Shown piece by piece: positions 18,031 through 27,652 of a DNA stretch of 64,000 bases. The position numbers and the translations under genes are program-made. The notes beneath the pieces were generated by a model that worked only from the letters and a program-made list of their open reading frames with translations, was not told the origin of the DNA and did not search any database. Origin of the DNA: a virus (Duplodnaviria; Caudoviricetes); IMG/VR virus record IMGVR_UViG_3300032240_001498, positions 136,605 to 200,604 of that record, one strand, 5' to 3'. Within the stretch, counting starts at the first letter, position 1, and every line of letters begins with the position of its first letter.

Positions 18031-18774
18031 TTATCTTGGGGCAAATTCTTGTTGTAATTTAATGTTGTCAAAGAACTCTTTCTTTGTATTACCATCGGTA
18101 TTAAAAGCACCTTTAAGTACTGTGGTCTGTGTTAACGAACTGTGCGCCATAATACCACGATTCTCACAGCAACCGTGTACCGCTTGAATATAAACACCTA
18201 GGTCTTTGGCTCCTGTTGCCTTTTCGATTTCCCTAGCAATGTCATTGCAAAGTTCCTCCTGGAGAGTACCTCGTCTTGCACACCACTGTGCAATTCTTGT
18301 GTACTTAGACAAGCCGATGAGCTTCTGAGCGGCAATAATGCCAATATAGGCAACACCAGTAACGGGTTGGTGATGATGACTACACATAGAACGAAGCTCA
18401 CTTCGAACAACCAACATACCTTCATAACGGTCCGCCGAGTCGTTTGGAAATGCTGTTGCGTCTGGTGCTGGTTCATATCTTCCTGCCATTATTTCATTAA
18501 AGTACATCTTGGCAAGTCGTCTTGCTGTGCCTTTGGAGTTTGGATCGTTTTCGCGATCAATTAACAAGCAGTCTAACACTTTTTCAAATGCTTCTGTTGT
18601 TTCATCGATCAGCTGTTCTTTCATTTTGACATCAATGTATTCACTGATGTTATCTCCGGCCCAAAATCTTTTACCATTGCGTTTCATTACAAAACCCAAA
18701 TAGTTGTGTGCTGTGCCTTCTTGATATCCGCTGTCGCCGTACATGGCGTCGAGTGCTGTTGCTTTATTTGTCAA
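18031..18774 (-). CDS. folE: GTP cyclohydrolase I
   Basis: It contains SMCSHHHQP, IGLSKYTRIAQWCARR..LQEEL and HGCCENRGI (Zn ligands). Confidence 0.92.
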   Translation of the reverse strand: MTNKATALDAMYGDSGYQEGTAHNYLGFVMKRNGKRFWAGDNISEYIDVKMKEQLIDETTEAFEKVLDCLLIDRENDPNSKGTARRLAKMYFNEIMAGRYEPAPDATAFPNDSADRYEGMLVVRSELRSMCSHHHQPVTGVAYIGIIAAQKLIGLSKYTRIAQWCARRGTLQEELCNDIAREIEKATGAKDLGVYIQAVHGCCENRGIMAHSSLTQTTVLKGAFNTDGNTKKEFFDNIKLQQEFAPR

Positions 18775-18815
18775 TTTATTATTCTCCGAGTTAATGACGT
18801 GGATGTCTATATGTT

Positions 18816-18844
18816 ATTATACTGAATTATTTAGGTTAAGTCAA
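18816..18844 (-). promoter_or_regulatory. Sigma70-type promoter for folE
   Basis: TTGACT (18844-18839), 17 nt spacer, TATAAT (18821-18816). The -35 box encodes the last codons of the upstream gene. Confidence 0.8.
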
Positions 18845-19624
18845 GCGAAGCAGAGTATTTTTCTTTACGGCCGCATCCAACACATTCATTTGGACATTTT
18901 GACTTTCTGCATATTTCAATAATGCTGAGGTATCTTTAGGAAAACATGCACCACCGAATCCAAAGGAACCATCAGGCCCTGGAACTTGCATATGACTATT
19001 GCCGATTCTAACATCGCTTTTAATCATAGACGCAATCTTATTGTAGTCACAATCACTGGCTTTTGCTAGAAAATACAATTCGTTCATAAATGTAACCTTA
19101 GTGGACATGAATGTGTTGATTGCATATTTTGCCAAACTTGCTTCTGCAATAGTGCAATGGTGAACGTGTTCCAAACCACCTTGTGTTTCTTTAATAACAC
19201 TTTCGGCTAGATCTCTATAGGCTTTAATGCGACCGCCGATGATGGCAAACTTGCCATTGGCATAATCTCTAGCGGCATTAGCGGCAGTTAGAAATTCTGG
19301 CGCATGTACAAGATTTGGATATCGGTTGTTTAATCTAGTATATGTATCAGGTGGTGCTGTGCATTTACTGATAATAACGCCTTCAAACTTGATTATTTCC
19401 AACTTTGCTAGAATGTCTTCTAAGATGGTAGTATCACAAGTACCGTCCTCGTCTTGCGGAGTAGGAACACAGATAAAGACACCATCACATTGTGATAGAT
19501 CTTGGAATGGATCTCGACCACGTGCTTTGTCATTGTCGACTAATACTAATTGATCTTCATTCCAAAATGCCTGCTTGATAGCGTTGCCTACAAATCCTAA
19601 TCCTACAATTCCTATTTTACCCAT
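18836..19624 (-). CDS. UDP-glucose/GDP-mannose 6-dehydrogenase family protein (lacks the C-terminal domain)
   Basis: It contains the Rossmann motif IGIVGLGFVG, FICVPTP, PEFL, KYAINTF and the catalytic GFGGACFPKD. Confidence 0.85.
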   Translation of the reverse strand: MGKIGIVGLGFVGNAIKQAFWNEDQLVLVDNDKARGRDPFQDLSQCDGVFICVPTPQDEDGTCDTTILEDILAKLEIIKFEGVIISKCTAPPDTYTRLNNRYPNLVHAPEFLTAANAARDYANGKFAIIGGRIKAYRDLAESVIKETQGGLEHVHHCTIAEASLAKYAINTFMSTKVTFMNELYFLAKASDCDYNKIASMIKSDVRIGNSHMQVPGPDGSFGFGGACFPKDTSALLKYAESQNVQMNVLDAAVKKNTLLRLT

Positions 19625-20712
19625 TTTAATAATTCCCCAGCACTAAAGAAGTGCTCTGTTAAATCGTGTGTTTGTTTTTTTAGCTGTGGAATAAATTGAT
19701 TATAATTGTCCATATACTGCATAATCTTCCCACACAACTCTGGACGATATGCCTTGTATGCTTCAAATGATTCTGTCCATACACTTGGATATCTGAATGT
19801 ATCGTAATACATTTCAGTATAACTAAGTCGATCCGGAACCATTGGAATAGCATCTACAATAGCGCCTTCATAACAACTAATGCCAAGTGTCTCTTGTAGA
19901 TTTGCACTAAACACTAATTTAGCTTCGCCTAATAGGTTATGATATTCATTCTTGGTTAGATGTTGATCCTGACATACAACAAATTCATATTGTGGCAAGT
20001 GTTCTTTTAGGTCTCTAAAAATTTCAACTTGTTTCTCAGGAGCGATACGATGTGGAAATAAAATAAGATCACGTTTAGGCATGTTCTTGTACCCTGTTAA
20101 CGTAGTATCCATATACTCCATGGGCCAACCGGTGCGTATAATTTTAGTATACTCACCCGCTAAGATCTCACTTAGTTCTTCCTCATACCAGGGATTTTCA
20201 GTTTGGAATCCACCGTTAAGTAATTCTCTATGAAACAACTCAATATGAAAGTTGGTAGCAAAATAGTTATGATCAAATGCATAAAAGAAACCCTGTTCAG
20301 CATGTCTAACCCAAGGTTTATTACCAACTAGGCGTCCTAAGAAATCTTGAGGATCATATGATCCAGCATGCCATAAGCCGTGTGTAGTTACTGGAATACC
20401 CAGTAACTCGCTCATGTATTTTAAATTTATAATGCCTGGATGCCAAGCATCAGTAAAAATAAAGTGGTCGCCGGGATGAACGGCTCCGTTACAAAATAAC
20501 CTGCCCATTTGTTCAACTTGGCTAGACTTGTATATATTGGTTCCACCAAAATTAAGAAAAGCACCAGGAGTAGTGGCTGTAGGAATATCCGTAGGGCCAG
20601 AGATAACTTGAACATTGTGTCCTGCCTTTCGTAAGAGAGCAGGTACATGAGTCTTCCATTGTCCCGTGTACCTAGTTTCTACTGCTTCTAAATCAATTAG
20701 AAAAACGGTCAT
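19612..20712 (-). CDS. GT-B-type glycosyltransferase
   Basis: The C-terminal donor-binding lobe reads ILFPHRIAPEKQVEIF...LQETLGISCYEGAIVDAIPMVPDRLSYTEM, matching the E-x7-E pattern. Confidence 0.7.
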   Translation of the reverse strand: MTVFLIDLEAVETRYTGQWKTHVPALLRKAGHNVQVISGPTDIPTATTPGAFLNFGGTNIYKSSQVEQMGRLFCNGAVHPGDHFIFTDAWHPGIINLKYMSELLGIPVTTHGLWHAGSYDPQDFLGRLVGNKPWVRHAEQGFFYAFDHNYFATNFHIELFHRELLNGGFQTENPWYEEELSEILAGEYTKIIRTGWPMEYMDTTLTGYKNMPKRDLILFPHRIAPEKQVEIFRDLKEHLPQYEFVVCQDQHLTKNEYHNLLGEAKLVFSANLQETLGISCYEGAIVDAIPMVPDRLSYTEMYYDTFRYPSVWTESFEAYKAYRPELCGKIMQYMDNYNQFIPQLKKQTHDLTEHFFSAGELLKWVK

Positions 20713-20953
20713 TATTATATGGCCTTGGATTCTTACCTAGGTAAGGTTTACGTTCACCGTTTCCACGGTAACCTTTTCCACCATTTTTCCTATAAGTGAA
20801 ATCCCTATAGGCCTTAGACTTATACAAGTCTGCTTGGTTGAAATCGATCATTTCAAAACGGCAATGATCGTGCCATGCCTCAAGATCATCAAAGATCTTG
20901 CTGACTTCAGGCTTCATAGTCAGATATTTGTCGAGCCATTTTGGCTGTGCCAT
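20693..20953 (-). CDS. Hypothetical protein (86 aa), basic C-terminus
   Basis: It has an AAGGA RBS and sits inside the modification operon. Confidence 0.7.
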   Translation of the reverse strand: MAQPKWLDKYLTMKPEVSKIFDDLEAWHDHCRFEMIDFNQADLYKSKAYRDFTYRKNGGKGYRGNGERKPYLGKNPRPYNNDRFSN

Positions 20954-20965
20954 TTTTTAAGTTCC

Positions 20966-21397
20966 TTAAATTACAATGGATTGTGACGGGCGAGTAAGAT
21001 TATAATGAATGACACATCCGTTCTCACCGTCCTCGGATACGTCAATTATTACAGCACGGTTTGGATACCTTGCCGCAATCTGGGAATACAAGTCGTCTGC
21101 GATCATTTCGCAACTCTTGTAGTTTAATTCTAATACGGAATTTTGACCATTATACAACGATATGAGCCATCGCTTGAACTGGATGAACTCGATGTCCCTG
21201 TCATTGTGGAACACATCGATTGACACCCTAAAATGGAAAATGTGACGATGAGGAGTACCAAGGAACGATACATCATATTCATCTCCTGTAGCAAGTGCTG
21301 GGTCTGTTGCCGCGGCAGGGTAGCAGTGAATGCCTTCCTTCTGGAACGTAACCCAAATTTGTCTTTGTGCGGCTTCTTTAATTGTTTCTATAGTCAT
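20966..21397 (-). CDS. QueD-like T-fold protein (6-carboxytetrahydropterin synthase paralogue)
   Basis: The pattern F..EGIH.YP / PHRHIFHFRVSI / DIEFIQFKRWL / SCEMIA / DVSED aligns with QueD F.A.H.LP / LHGH.Y.V.V / DF..LK / T.ENIA / V.ET. Confidence 0.65.
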   Translation of the reverse strand: MTIETIKEAAQRQIWVTFQKEGIHCYPAAATDPALATGDEYDVSFLGTPHRHIFHFRVSIDVFHNDRDIEFIQFKRWLISLYNGQNSVLELNYKSCEMIADDLYSQIAARYPNRAVIIDVSEDGENGCVIHYNLTRPSQSIVI

Positions 21398-21945
21398 TTG
21401 ATAATCTCGTCTTTACCATATTGATCCCAACTTGTAAACTTATTTCTATCAAGTAGGTCGTGGAGGTTATGGCACCATACTCCAGGATTTGTAGCGGCAA
21501 AATCTACATCATCAATCTTAATTGTAGCATTATATCCTAGCTGTGTCAAGTAGGGCAATTTAACCGAAATCTGTGGAATAAACTGACGATGTTCGACGAG
21601 GCCGCTTTCTAATAGACCTTCTACCTGTGCTACATCGAGATCCAATGTACACCAGTATCCTGAATCAAGACATTCTTGGATCATATATTCCCAAGGAGCC
21701 CACCCATCAGCATCGTTAGTTTCAAGTTTAGGAAAACTTTGATTAGCACCAAAGTAGATATGTTTGATACGTTTACTCTCATCAAGCAATGCTTGAGTAT
21801 CGTTTGCAATATGCAGTACTGTTTGAGGATCATGTGTGCCCACTACAAACAGAGTTTTCATTCCGTAAGCAGGAGTCTTTTCAATCTCTACGCCTGTAAA
21901 GAACATGATGTCTGTTGCAACACCAGAATCGTAATCTCGTTTCAT
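21394..21945 (-). CDS. Hypothetical protein (183 aa) in the dpdA operon
   Basis: It has ATGA overlaps on both sides. Confidence 0.75.
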   Translation of the reverse strand: MKRDYDSGVATDIMFFTGVEIEKTPAYGMKTLFVVGTHDPQTVLHIANDTQALLDESKRIKHIYFGANQSFPKLETNDADGWAPWEYMIQECLDSGYWCTLDLDVAQVEGLLESGLVEHRQFIPQISVKLPYLTQLGYNATIKIDDVDFAATNPGVWCHNLHDLLDRNKFTSWDQYGKDEIIK

Positions 21946-22520
21946 CTTTCGTTATCCCACCAAAGCCAGCCAATTAAAATATATTTGTCGAGGTTGGCAG
22001 TAATCTGCCCTCGATGAATATGTGTGTATGCAGTTGGGAACAAAATTGTTTTGCCTTTGACTGCGTCAACAACTCTGTTCTGATGCAAAAATTCAGTTCC
22101 GCCATTTGGTACGGTATTCAAATAGGTTAAAAATGTTATTGCACGATCGCAAAACTCATGACCGCCGTCAATATGCCATGCGTGATAACCTGCACTAGGT
22201 TTATACCACTGTATTTGTGGTAAATCACGTATAGTAAACTTTCCAGCGTGTTCATATATTTTAGCATCTGTACAGTATTTGTCAATGAATCCGGACAATT
22301 CGGTATGATAATTTGGCCATTTAAAATCCTGTGGCTTGCCCAATGTTCTAGCATCACCTAAATGGAAATCAACGCTGTCTTTATAATCTGGTCTAATTTG
22401 TTCGTCCGAACCTGTAACACCTGGATTGGTTAAACCATTACTATCTGCAAGTCTAAAAAGTCTTAACAGTTCGTCACAGATAGTAATGTCTGATAATTGA
22501 TATTCAGCTATAAAGTCCAT
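21942..22520 (-). CDS. 2OG-Fe(II) oxygenase (prolyl-4-hydroxylase-like)
   Basis: It contains YHAWHID (HxD), TFLTYLN...GGTEF, LFP...THIHRG and KYIL. Confidence 0.85.
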   Translation of the reverse strand: MDFIAEYQLSDITICDELLRLFRLADSNGLTNPGVTGSDEQIRPDYKDSVDFHLGDARTLGKPQDFKWPNYHTELSGFIDKYCTDAKIYEHAGKFTIRDLPQIQWYKPSAGYHAWHIDGGHEFCDRAITFLTYLNTVPNGGTEFLHQNRVVDAVKGKTILFPTAYTHIHRGQITANLDKYILIGWLWWDNER

Positions 22521-24163
22521 TAGGCATTATCAATTTCTAATGCATCGAGTTTGTCTTCGTCAAGCTCTGGCATTGCAGTTACAGGACTTACAGTTTTATC
22601 TAACACTACTTCTTCAGTATCAAATAGACTTGTAAAGTTATTTTCGGCATTACCGCCGCGTAGGCGCATACCCATCATGTTAGACAACATGGGTTTAGCA
22701 TCTTCAATCATCTGGAAAGCTTCTGCTTTAGATTTTGTATTGAACAATTCTTCTACAAAACGGCTAAAGTAAAGAATATTACGTGGAACCCAATCTGAAT
22801 ACTGGTCGCTACCTGTTTCAGAGTCTTTGAGTTTCTTCCAATGACGCCAATCAGGTTGAGCCTTTGCAGTTTCAATGTCCATTAATTGATTAGCACGTTG
22901 TACAGCAACAATATGGCATTCAACATTATGACCCATCATTAGAGCATAAGCAAAACTATCCCAACTTGTTCTGTTTGGAATCTTATCAAGTTTATTCTTA
23001 CGGGGAACAACATGATAGTGTGCCTCATTCAAGTGATCAAATTTAACACCGCCTAATTCTGCATCAGTTTTACGAACACCTAGATCATAATAAGCAATAT
23101 CACCCATTGTTAATCTACGACCAATTGATGATTCAAACGGGAATGGAATATCCGAACCTGACAATGCTTTATTGTCCGGCGCCTTATCCATAATAACTGA
23201 CCAACGTTTAGTTGTATGTTGTGCGTTGGTATATACCAAACCGTGTGCAGTAGCAATAAACGGACTTGCACAGTCAAAACTAATTGTAAGCTCTGGATTG
23301 ATATGCTTACGGATCTGACGTTGGATCAAGGTCAAGTAACATGCCCAGTCTAATTGTGCTGTACCTAAGAAGTGAATCCAGTTCTTACCAGTTAACAATC
23401 CATCTTCACGCATGGTCATTAGCCGCTTGAGCGTAATGTCCATCTTACACATGTTAGCACCACCAAAGGCCCAACCTTCAGCTGACGGGTTTTTATTTTC
23501 ACCCCATGTTTTGTTTGGATCGCTAAATTGTTTAACACCGTTGTACCAATCTTCTGCTGAATCCCAGTCCCAACCTTGTAGCACGTTTAAGAACTTGGTT
23601 TGTCCTAGACGATTTTCTAAGAAGTATCTGTTGTTGTACTGCGTTTTTTCTAAACAATCTTCAACAGTCTTAAGACCGGTCTTTGGACTGTGTACATGGT
23701 CACAAGCCCAGGTCGGAACGTCTAGCATCATAGACCAATCAGCAGTAAGTTCAAGCCATTCTAAAATACTTTGACGAGTTTTAGTTGCACTAGGACCTTC
23801 GAAGTCTAACCAATCAAATTTAAGAACACCCTTACCGATCTGATATCCACCGGAGTCACCTAAGATCATCGTGTTGTTTCTATCACGTTGTTGGATCATC
23901 GACTCCTGCGTCAAACTTTTATTCAAGTCTAACTGTGCATGACCTGCAGAGTATAGACCATACTTGTATGTAAAATATCCTTCTTCAGGATTAAGGAAGT
24001 TCATACCTTCGATGCCGCGATCAAATCCTGCCGGAATTCGATCATCAGGAATAAACTTTTCTAATCTTTGTTTTGCAATGTATGTACTATAGAAAGAGCT
24101 AATAGCTGGCAAATAGACAGCATAGTCTTTCTGTAGTGGAGTTAAATTAACTTGTTGTTTCAT
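22520..24163 (-). CDS. DpdA/TGT-like 7-deazaguanine transglycosylase
   Basis: The TGT motifs occur in order: ILGDSGGYQ, MLDVP, NVLQG, GWAFGG, IHFLG and SFDCAS. The gene is co-located with folE, queD-like and queE. Confidence 0.75.
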   Translation of the reverse strand: MKQQVNLTPLQKDYAVYLPAISSFYSTYIAKQRLEKFIPDDRIPAGFDRGIEGMNFLNPEEGYFTYKYGLYSAGHAQLDLNKSLTQESMIQQRDRNNTMILGDSGGYQIGKGVLKFDWLDFEGPSATKTRQSILEWLELTADWSMMLDVPTWACDHVHSPKTGLKTVEDCLEKTQYNNRYFLENRLGQTKFLNVLQGWDWDSAEDWYNGVKQFSDPNKTWGENKNPSAEGWAFGGANMCKMDITLKRLMTMREDGLLTGKNWIHFLGTAQLDWACYLTLIQRQIRKHINPELTISFDCASPFIATAHGLVYTNAQHTTKRWSVIMDKAPDNKALSGSDIPFPFESSIGRRLTMGDIAYYDLGVRKTDAELGGVKFDHLNEAHYHVVPRKNKLDKIPNRTSWDSFAYALMMGHNVECHIVAVQRANQLMDIETAKAQPDWRHWKKLKDSETGSDQYSDWVPRNILYFSRFVEELFNTKSKAEAFQMIEDAKPMLSNMMGMRLRGGNAENNFTSLFDTEEVVLDKTVSPVTAMPELDEDKLDALEIDNA

Positions 24164-24180
24164 GGATACCTTTAATCATA

Positions 24181-24915
24181 TTAGGCCTGCGCTGGTAAAA
24201 TGTATTCGTATGTTGCTAAACCGCTATCTAACGTAATCTTTAGTGCGCCTTGATTACTAATACTCAGTTTAGTATTATTAACATCTGCAATTTTCAAGAT
24301 GCTTAATACCTGTGCAACTGGCCAGCTTAGATTAGCTGTAATCTTACTTGTAAGACCGTCTGCAAATACAAACTCACCTGCGTGTGTATTAACATCACCA
24401 AATGTAAACTTCAATTTGTCGCCATCTGTTTTTGCAACAAATGTTGAGTGTTCTGAGTTTGCACTTGCTTGGAAGTTAAAACGCTGTACACTTGCTACTG
24501 TAGGAGTAATGGTGATATCCCAGTTAACACCTTTGAACTTAGGAACCTTAAGTTTTTCTTCAATAACTGCTTGGTTCATGAAGCGATAATCGTTCTTGAA
24601 GTCACCGCCTTTGTTTTCAAAGTGCAATCCTACAGGAATATCTTCACCGTTGCGCTGACCCTTAACAAGAGTGATCTTTGCATCCTCTTTGTATTCTGGG
24701 CAGTCCAAATGTATCTTTAGTTTGTTAAGTTGTGGCATACCAAAAATACCAACCATGTCTGGTTGTGCATTTGCAGTTTCTGCTGACAGGATAATTGAGC
24801 GGTCACCAGCGACAGAGTCAATTTGAGTTTTGTCTTCTGTACCAGTAATCTTAACTACTTCTAAAAATCCTAGATTGTGCGTATGTGATACGATGTCTTG
24901 TAAAATATCTTTCAT
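24181..24915 (-). CDS. Sliding clamp (gp45/PCNA-like)
   Basis: It is 244 aa with a two-repeat alpha/beta layout and a C-terminal LKITLDSGLATYEYILPAQ. It lies directly downstream of polB, and a clamp loader is present in the window. Confidence 0.65.
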   Translation of the reverse strand: MKDILQDIVSHTHNLGFLEVVKITGTEDKTQIDSVAGDRSIILSAETANAQPDMVGIFGMPQLNKLKIHLDCPEYKEDAKITLVKGQRNGEDIPVGLHFENKGGDFKNDYRFMNQAVIEEKLKVPKFKGVNWDITITPTVASVQRFNFQASANSEHSTFVAKTDGDKLKFTFGDVNTHAGEFVFADGLTSKITANLSWPVAQVLSILKIADVNNTKLSISNQGALKITLDSGLATYEYILPAQA

Positions 24916-24933
24916 GTTAAAGTCCTTTTATAT

Positions 24934-24962
24934 ATTATATTTAGATTTTGAATCAAAGTCAA
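24934..24962 (-). promoter_or_regulatory. Sigma70-type promoter for the clamp-dpdA operon
   Basis: TTGACT (24962-24957), 17 nt spacer, TATAAT (24939-24934). Confidence 0.8.
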
Positions 24963-24967
24963 GTAAA

Positions 24968-27637
24968 TTATTCAAATGTGAACAAATTACCAAACGTATT
25001 ATTTTGCGTGGTTGAGTTCAAGTCCCATTCCAACACACCAATCAAGTTATCAAGTTTGTTATTGATAATTGTTGTTTCCATTTCAGAATGATCAAATGGT
25101 AATTCCTGGAACCACTTGGGCAATCTTAATTCGTCTACGGGATATGCAATACTTGTATAGCCCATAGGGTTATCGCGAACTTTGCAAACAATAACTTTCA
25201 TTCCGTCAACAATCTGCATAGAATACTTGTCACCGTTCATTTCTCGCAACACGTTCCAGTTAATACTTGCACGTACATGACCTGGCATATTGGCCTTACC
25301 TGCTTTCTTTTCCTTCTCGCGATATTCAGTAATATTGTTAGCACGTTTAGGAGATCCTTTTTCCCAACCCGGTCTAACTTTAAACTCAGTTCGGAATTCG
25401 CCAATGCGGTCTAGGATCTCTTTTTCCTGGCTACCGTTGAGTACTTTAGTTAGGATTTCTTCCAAGAACTTCTGCATAAATTCCGGAGTATCCGAACGCT
25501 TCAAATCCAAGCCCATGGCCTTGATCTTGCCTGGCTTACCATCTATGTCTGCACGTTTGTTTTCTTTATCGTAATAAAGAACAGCATAACGCTTCTTGGT
25601 AATGAACAGGCCTTTAATAGCAACCAATTCACGACCTGCTTTGATGACCTCGCCACGGCTCTTTGGACAATGGAAGAAGTCCAACATCATCTGCGGGAAT
25701 GTTCCGTTTACTTCGTCTGCAATCTGATTATACAGTTGAACAACAGTTTCTTTATCCCAAGGCAATCGACCTTTATCGATATCAGTCTTTAATGTTGTAT
25801 AAGCCGAGAAATATGCAGAGTCTGTATCACCGTAAATGATGCTACGGCCTTTGTAGTCATACTCTCCGCAGATTACTTCATTTATTTTTGCGGCCATGTG
25901 ACGAGCAATGCATCGGCCTGTAAGAGTTGTGGATTGGCCAATACGCTTATCAAAGAACCTGCAACCAGCGTTAAGAATAGCACCGTATAAAGAGTTAAGG
26001 TTAATTTTCTTAACCAACTGACGTTTGTCCCAGTATTCTTCTTCAATTTTGTTTCCTGCATTAATAGCTTCCTTTAGTTTGGCCTGCATGTCTTTACGTT
26101 CGCTGTACCAGCGTTTTAGCAAGCCGGGGATAATCCCTTCGTTTTCGTATGTGAAAATTGTACCGTTAGCACTGAGCATCCACGGCTGATTACTTTCATA
26201 AATCATCTCATAGATTTGAGCACCACTCAGCACGTCAACTTCGCCGGACTCCCATTCAACAGTAATGTCATTAGCTTTGTCTTTGGCCATAACAAACTCA
26301 TATTCGTTAGAACCAAACTTACCTTCCCATGCCGCGGCAAATGAATTGCCCTTGGCCATTTTAGCATCAATTTCTGCTTGGGTGTAATCTTGACGTAACT
26401 GTCCGACAATAGTTTCTGGACCCATGTTAAGCGCACGAATCGCTGACGGATAAAGTGAGTTAATATCGACTGATCCAATCCAGTCGTGAAGTCCTTTTTT
26501 AGGATATGCAACATAAGCACCGGCCGCTTGGTTGTCTGCGCTTTCATCACGCTTTGGGCGACTTGGAACTATCAAGCCTCTGTGGTGGGCTTCATTAACA
26601 ATGGCCTGTTCAGTTACAGCCACAGCACCCATTGTGGTCTGTAGCAACACAGTACATTCATGTGCCAGCGTATTAGCAAGATCAATAAACTTTAGTTTCT
26701 TGTCTAGTTTGTCAAGTAGTGCAGTATCTTGTCTGTTGTACTCAATAAACTTGCGGAAGTCATTATTGTATAGTTGATCAAGTGTGCCTTCGTAGACTGT
26801 TTTGTTTTCACCAACTTCCATCTCACCAATAGCATCTAGTCGATATGTATGGCGTTCTTCATATGTGTACTTGCGATACAGTTCAAGACTGTCTAAGTGT
26901 ACACGACCAACAAAGTCATAAGTGACTGCGGCTTTACCATACTTTTCATATTCACGTTTCTTTGGAAATTGATCCCATAAACAGAAACGACGAGTATCTT
27001 CCTTGCTCAATACCTTTGTAACGCGGTTAACAGTATAGGGAATATCATAACCTTCACTGTTCCAGCCGCTGATGATATCTGCATCCTCAATTAGCTTTAG
27101 GAAAGTGTCAAGCATTTCTCCTTCGCTTTCGAATAGATGCGTGTTAGGAAATTCTTCAACTAACTTTTCAGCATCCTCCATTTTTAAGCCCTTTGGAGGA
27201 ATAGCTAACGTAACCATTGTTTCCATCCATTGTAGGTAAACAGAGATCGCAGTAATTGGCATAAACGCATCTTCTGGACTTGCGTAGCCACGTTCTGGAT
27301 CAAAGTCTACCTCAATGTCAAAAAACGCCACGTTTAGTTTAGGAGCATCTTTACCTAGATAGTTTTCTTCTAGGATACGGAATGAGGCATTGATGTCACT
27401 TTCAAACAGTCGGTGACCTGAATGGATTTTTTGTTCTTTGGCAAATTCCTTGAATGATTTACAAGAAACTTTTGACAGGCTTTCGCCATAAATTGATTTG
27501 TACTTGCCCCTATTATCTGGATAATAGAATACGTACCTTGCGGGATAGTCGACATAGATTCGACCTTTTTTTGGATCACGCTCAACGACACGTACACGGT
27601 CATTGTCACGATCCCAGATGGCATCGATATAACTCAT
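24968..27637 (-). CDS. polB: Family B DNA polymerase (T4 gp43-like) with 3'-5' exonuclease
   Basis: The motifs are ExoI FDIEVD, ExoII GWNSEGYDIPY, ExoIII YNRQD, DINSLYPS, KINLNSLYG, YGDTDS and KKRYA. No intein or intron is evident. Confidence 0.95.
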   Translation of the reverse strand: MSYIDAIWDRDNDRVRVVERDPKKGRIYVDYPARYVFYYPDNRGKYKSIYGESLSKVSCKSFKEFAKEQKIHSGHRLFESDINASFRILEENYLGKDAPKLNVAFFDIEVDFDPERGYASPEDAFMPITAISVYLQWMETMVTLAIPPKGLKMEDAEKLVEEFPNTHLFESEGEMLDTFLKLIEDADIISGWNSEGYDIPYTVNRVTKVLSKEDTRRFCLWDQFPKKREYEKYGKAAVTYDFVGRVHLDSLELYRKYTYEERHTYRLDAIGEMEVGENKTVYEGTLDQLYNNDFRKFIEYNRQDTALLDKLDKKLKFIDLANTLAHECTVLLQTTMGAVAVTEQAIVNEAHHRGLIVPSRPKRDESADNQAAGAYVAYPKKGLHDWIGSVDINSLYPSAIRALNMGPETIVGQLRQDYTQAEIDAKMAKGNSFAAAWEGKFGSNEYEFVMAKDKANDITVEWESGEVDVLSGAQIYEMIYESNQPWMLSANGTIFTYENEGIIPGLLKRWYSERKDMQAKLKEAINAGNKIEEEYWDKRQLVKKINLNSLYGAILNAGCRFFDKRIGQSTTLTGRCIARHMAAKINEVICGEYDYKGRSIIYGDTDSAYFSAYTTLKTDIDKGRLPWDKETVVQLYNQIADEVNGTFPQMMLDFFHCPKSRGEVIKAGRELVAIKGLFITKKRYAVLYYDKENKRADIDGKPGKIKAMGLDLKRSDTPEFMQKFLEEILTKVLNGSQEKEILDRIGEFRTEFKVRPGWEKGSPKRANNITEYREKEKKAGKANMPGHVRASINWNVLREMNGDKYSMQIVDGMKVIVCKVRDNPMGYTSIAYPVDELRLPKWFQELPFDHSEMETTIINNKLDNLIGVLEWDLNSTTQNNTFGNLFTFE

Positions 27638-27652
27638 AATTCTCCTTACCGC

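Noticed and set aside
22520-24163. Calling the TGT-like gene a tRNA-guanine transglycosylase (tgt).
   Set aside because: The C-terminal CxCxxC...H zinc site of bacterial TGT is not evident, the protein is much longer, and its context next to the replication genes favours DNA. A gene symbol is therefore withheld.
24968-27637. An intein, intron or homing endonuclease in polB.
   Set aside because: The length (889 aa) and motif spacing fit an uninterrupted gp43, and no splicing or LAGLIDADG/HNH motifs were seen.
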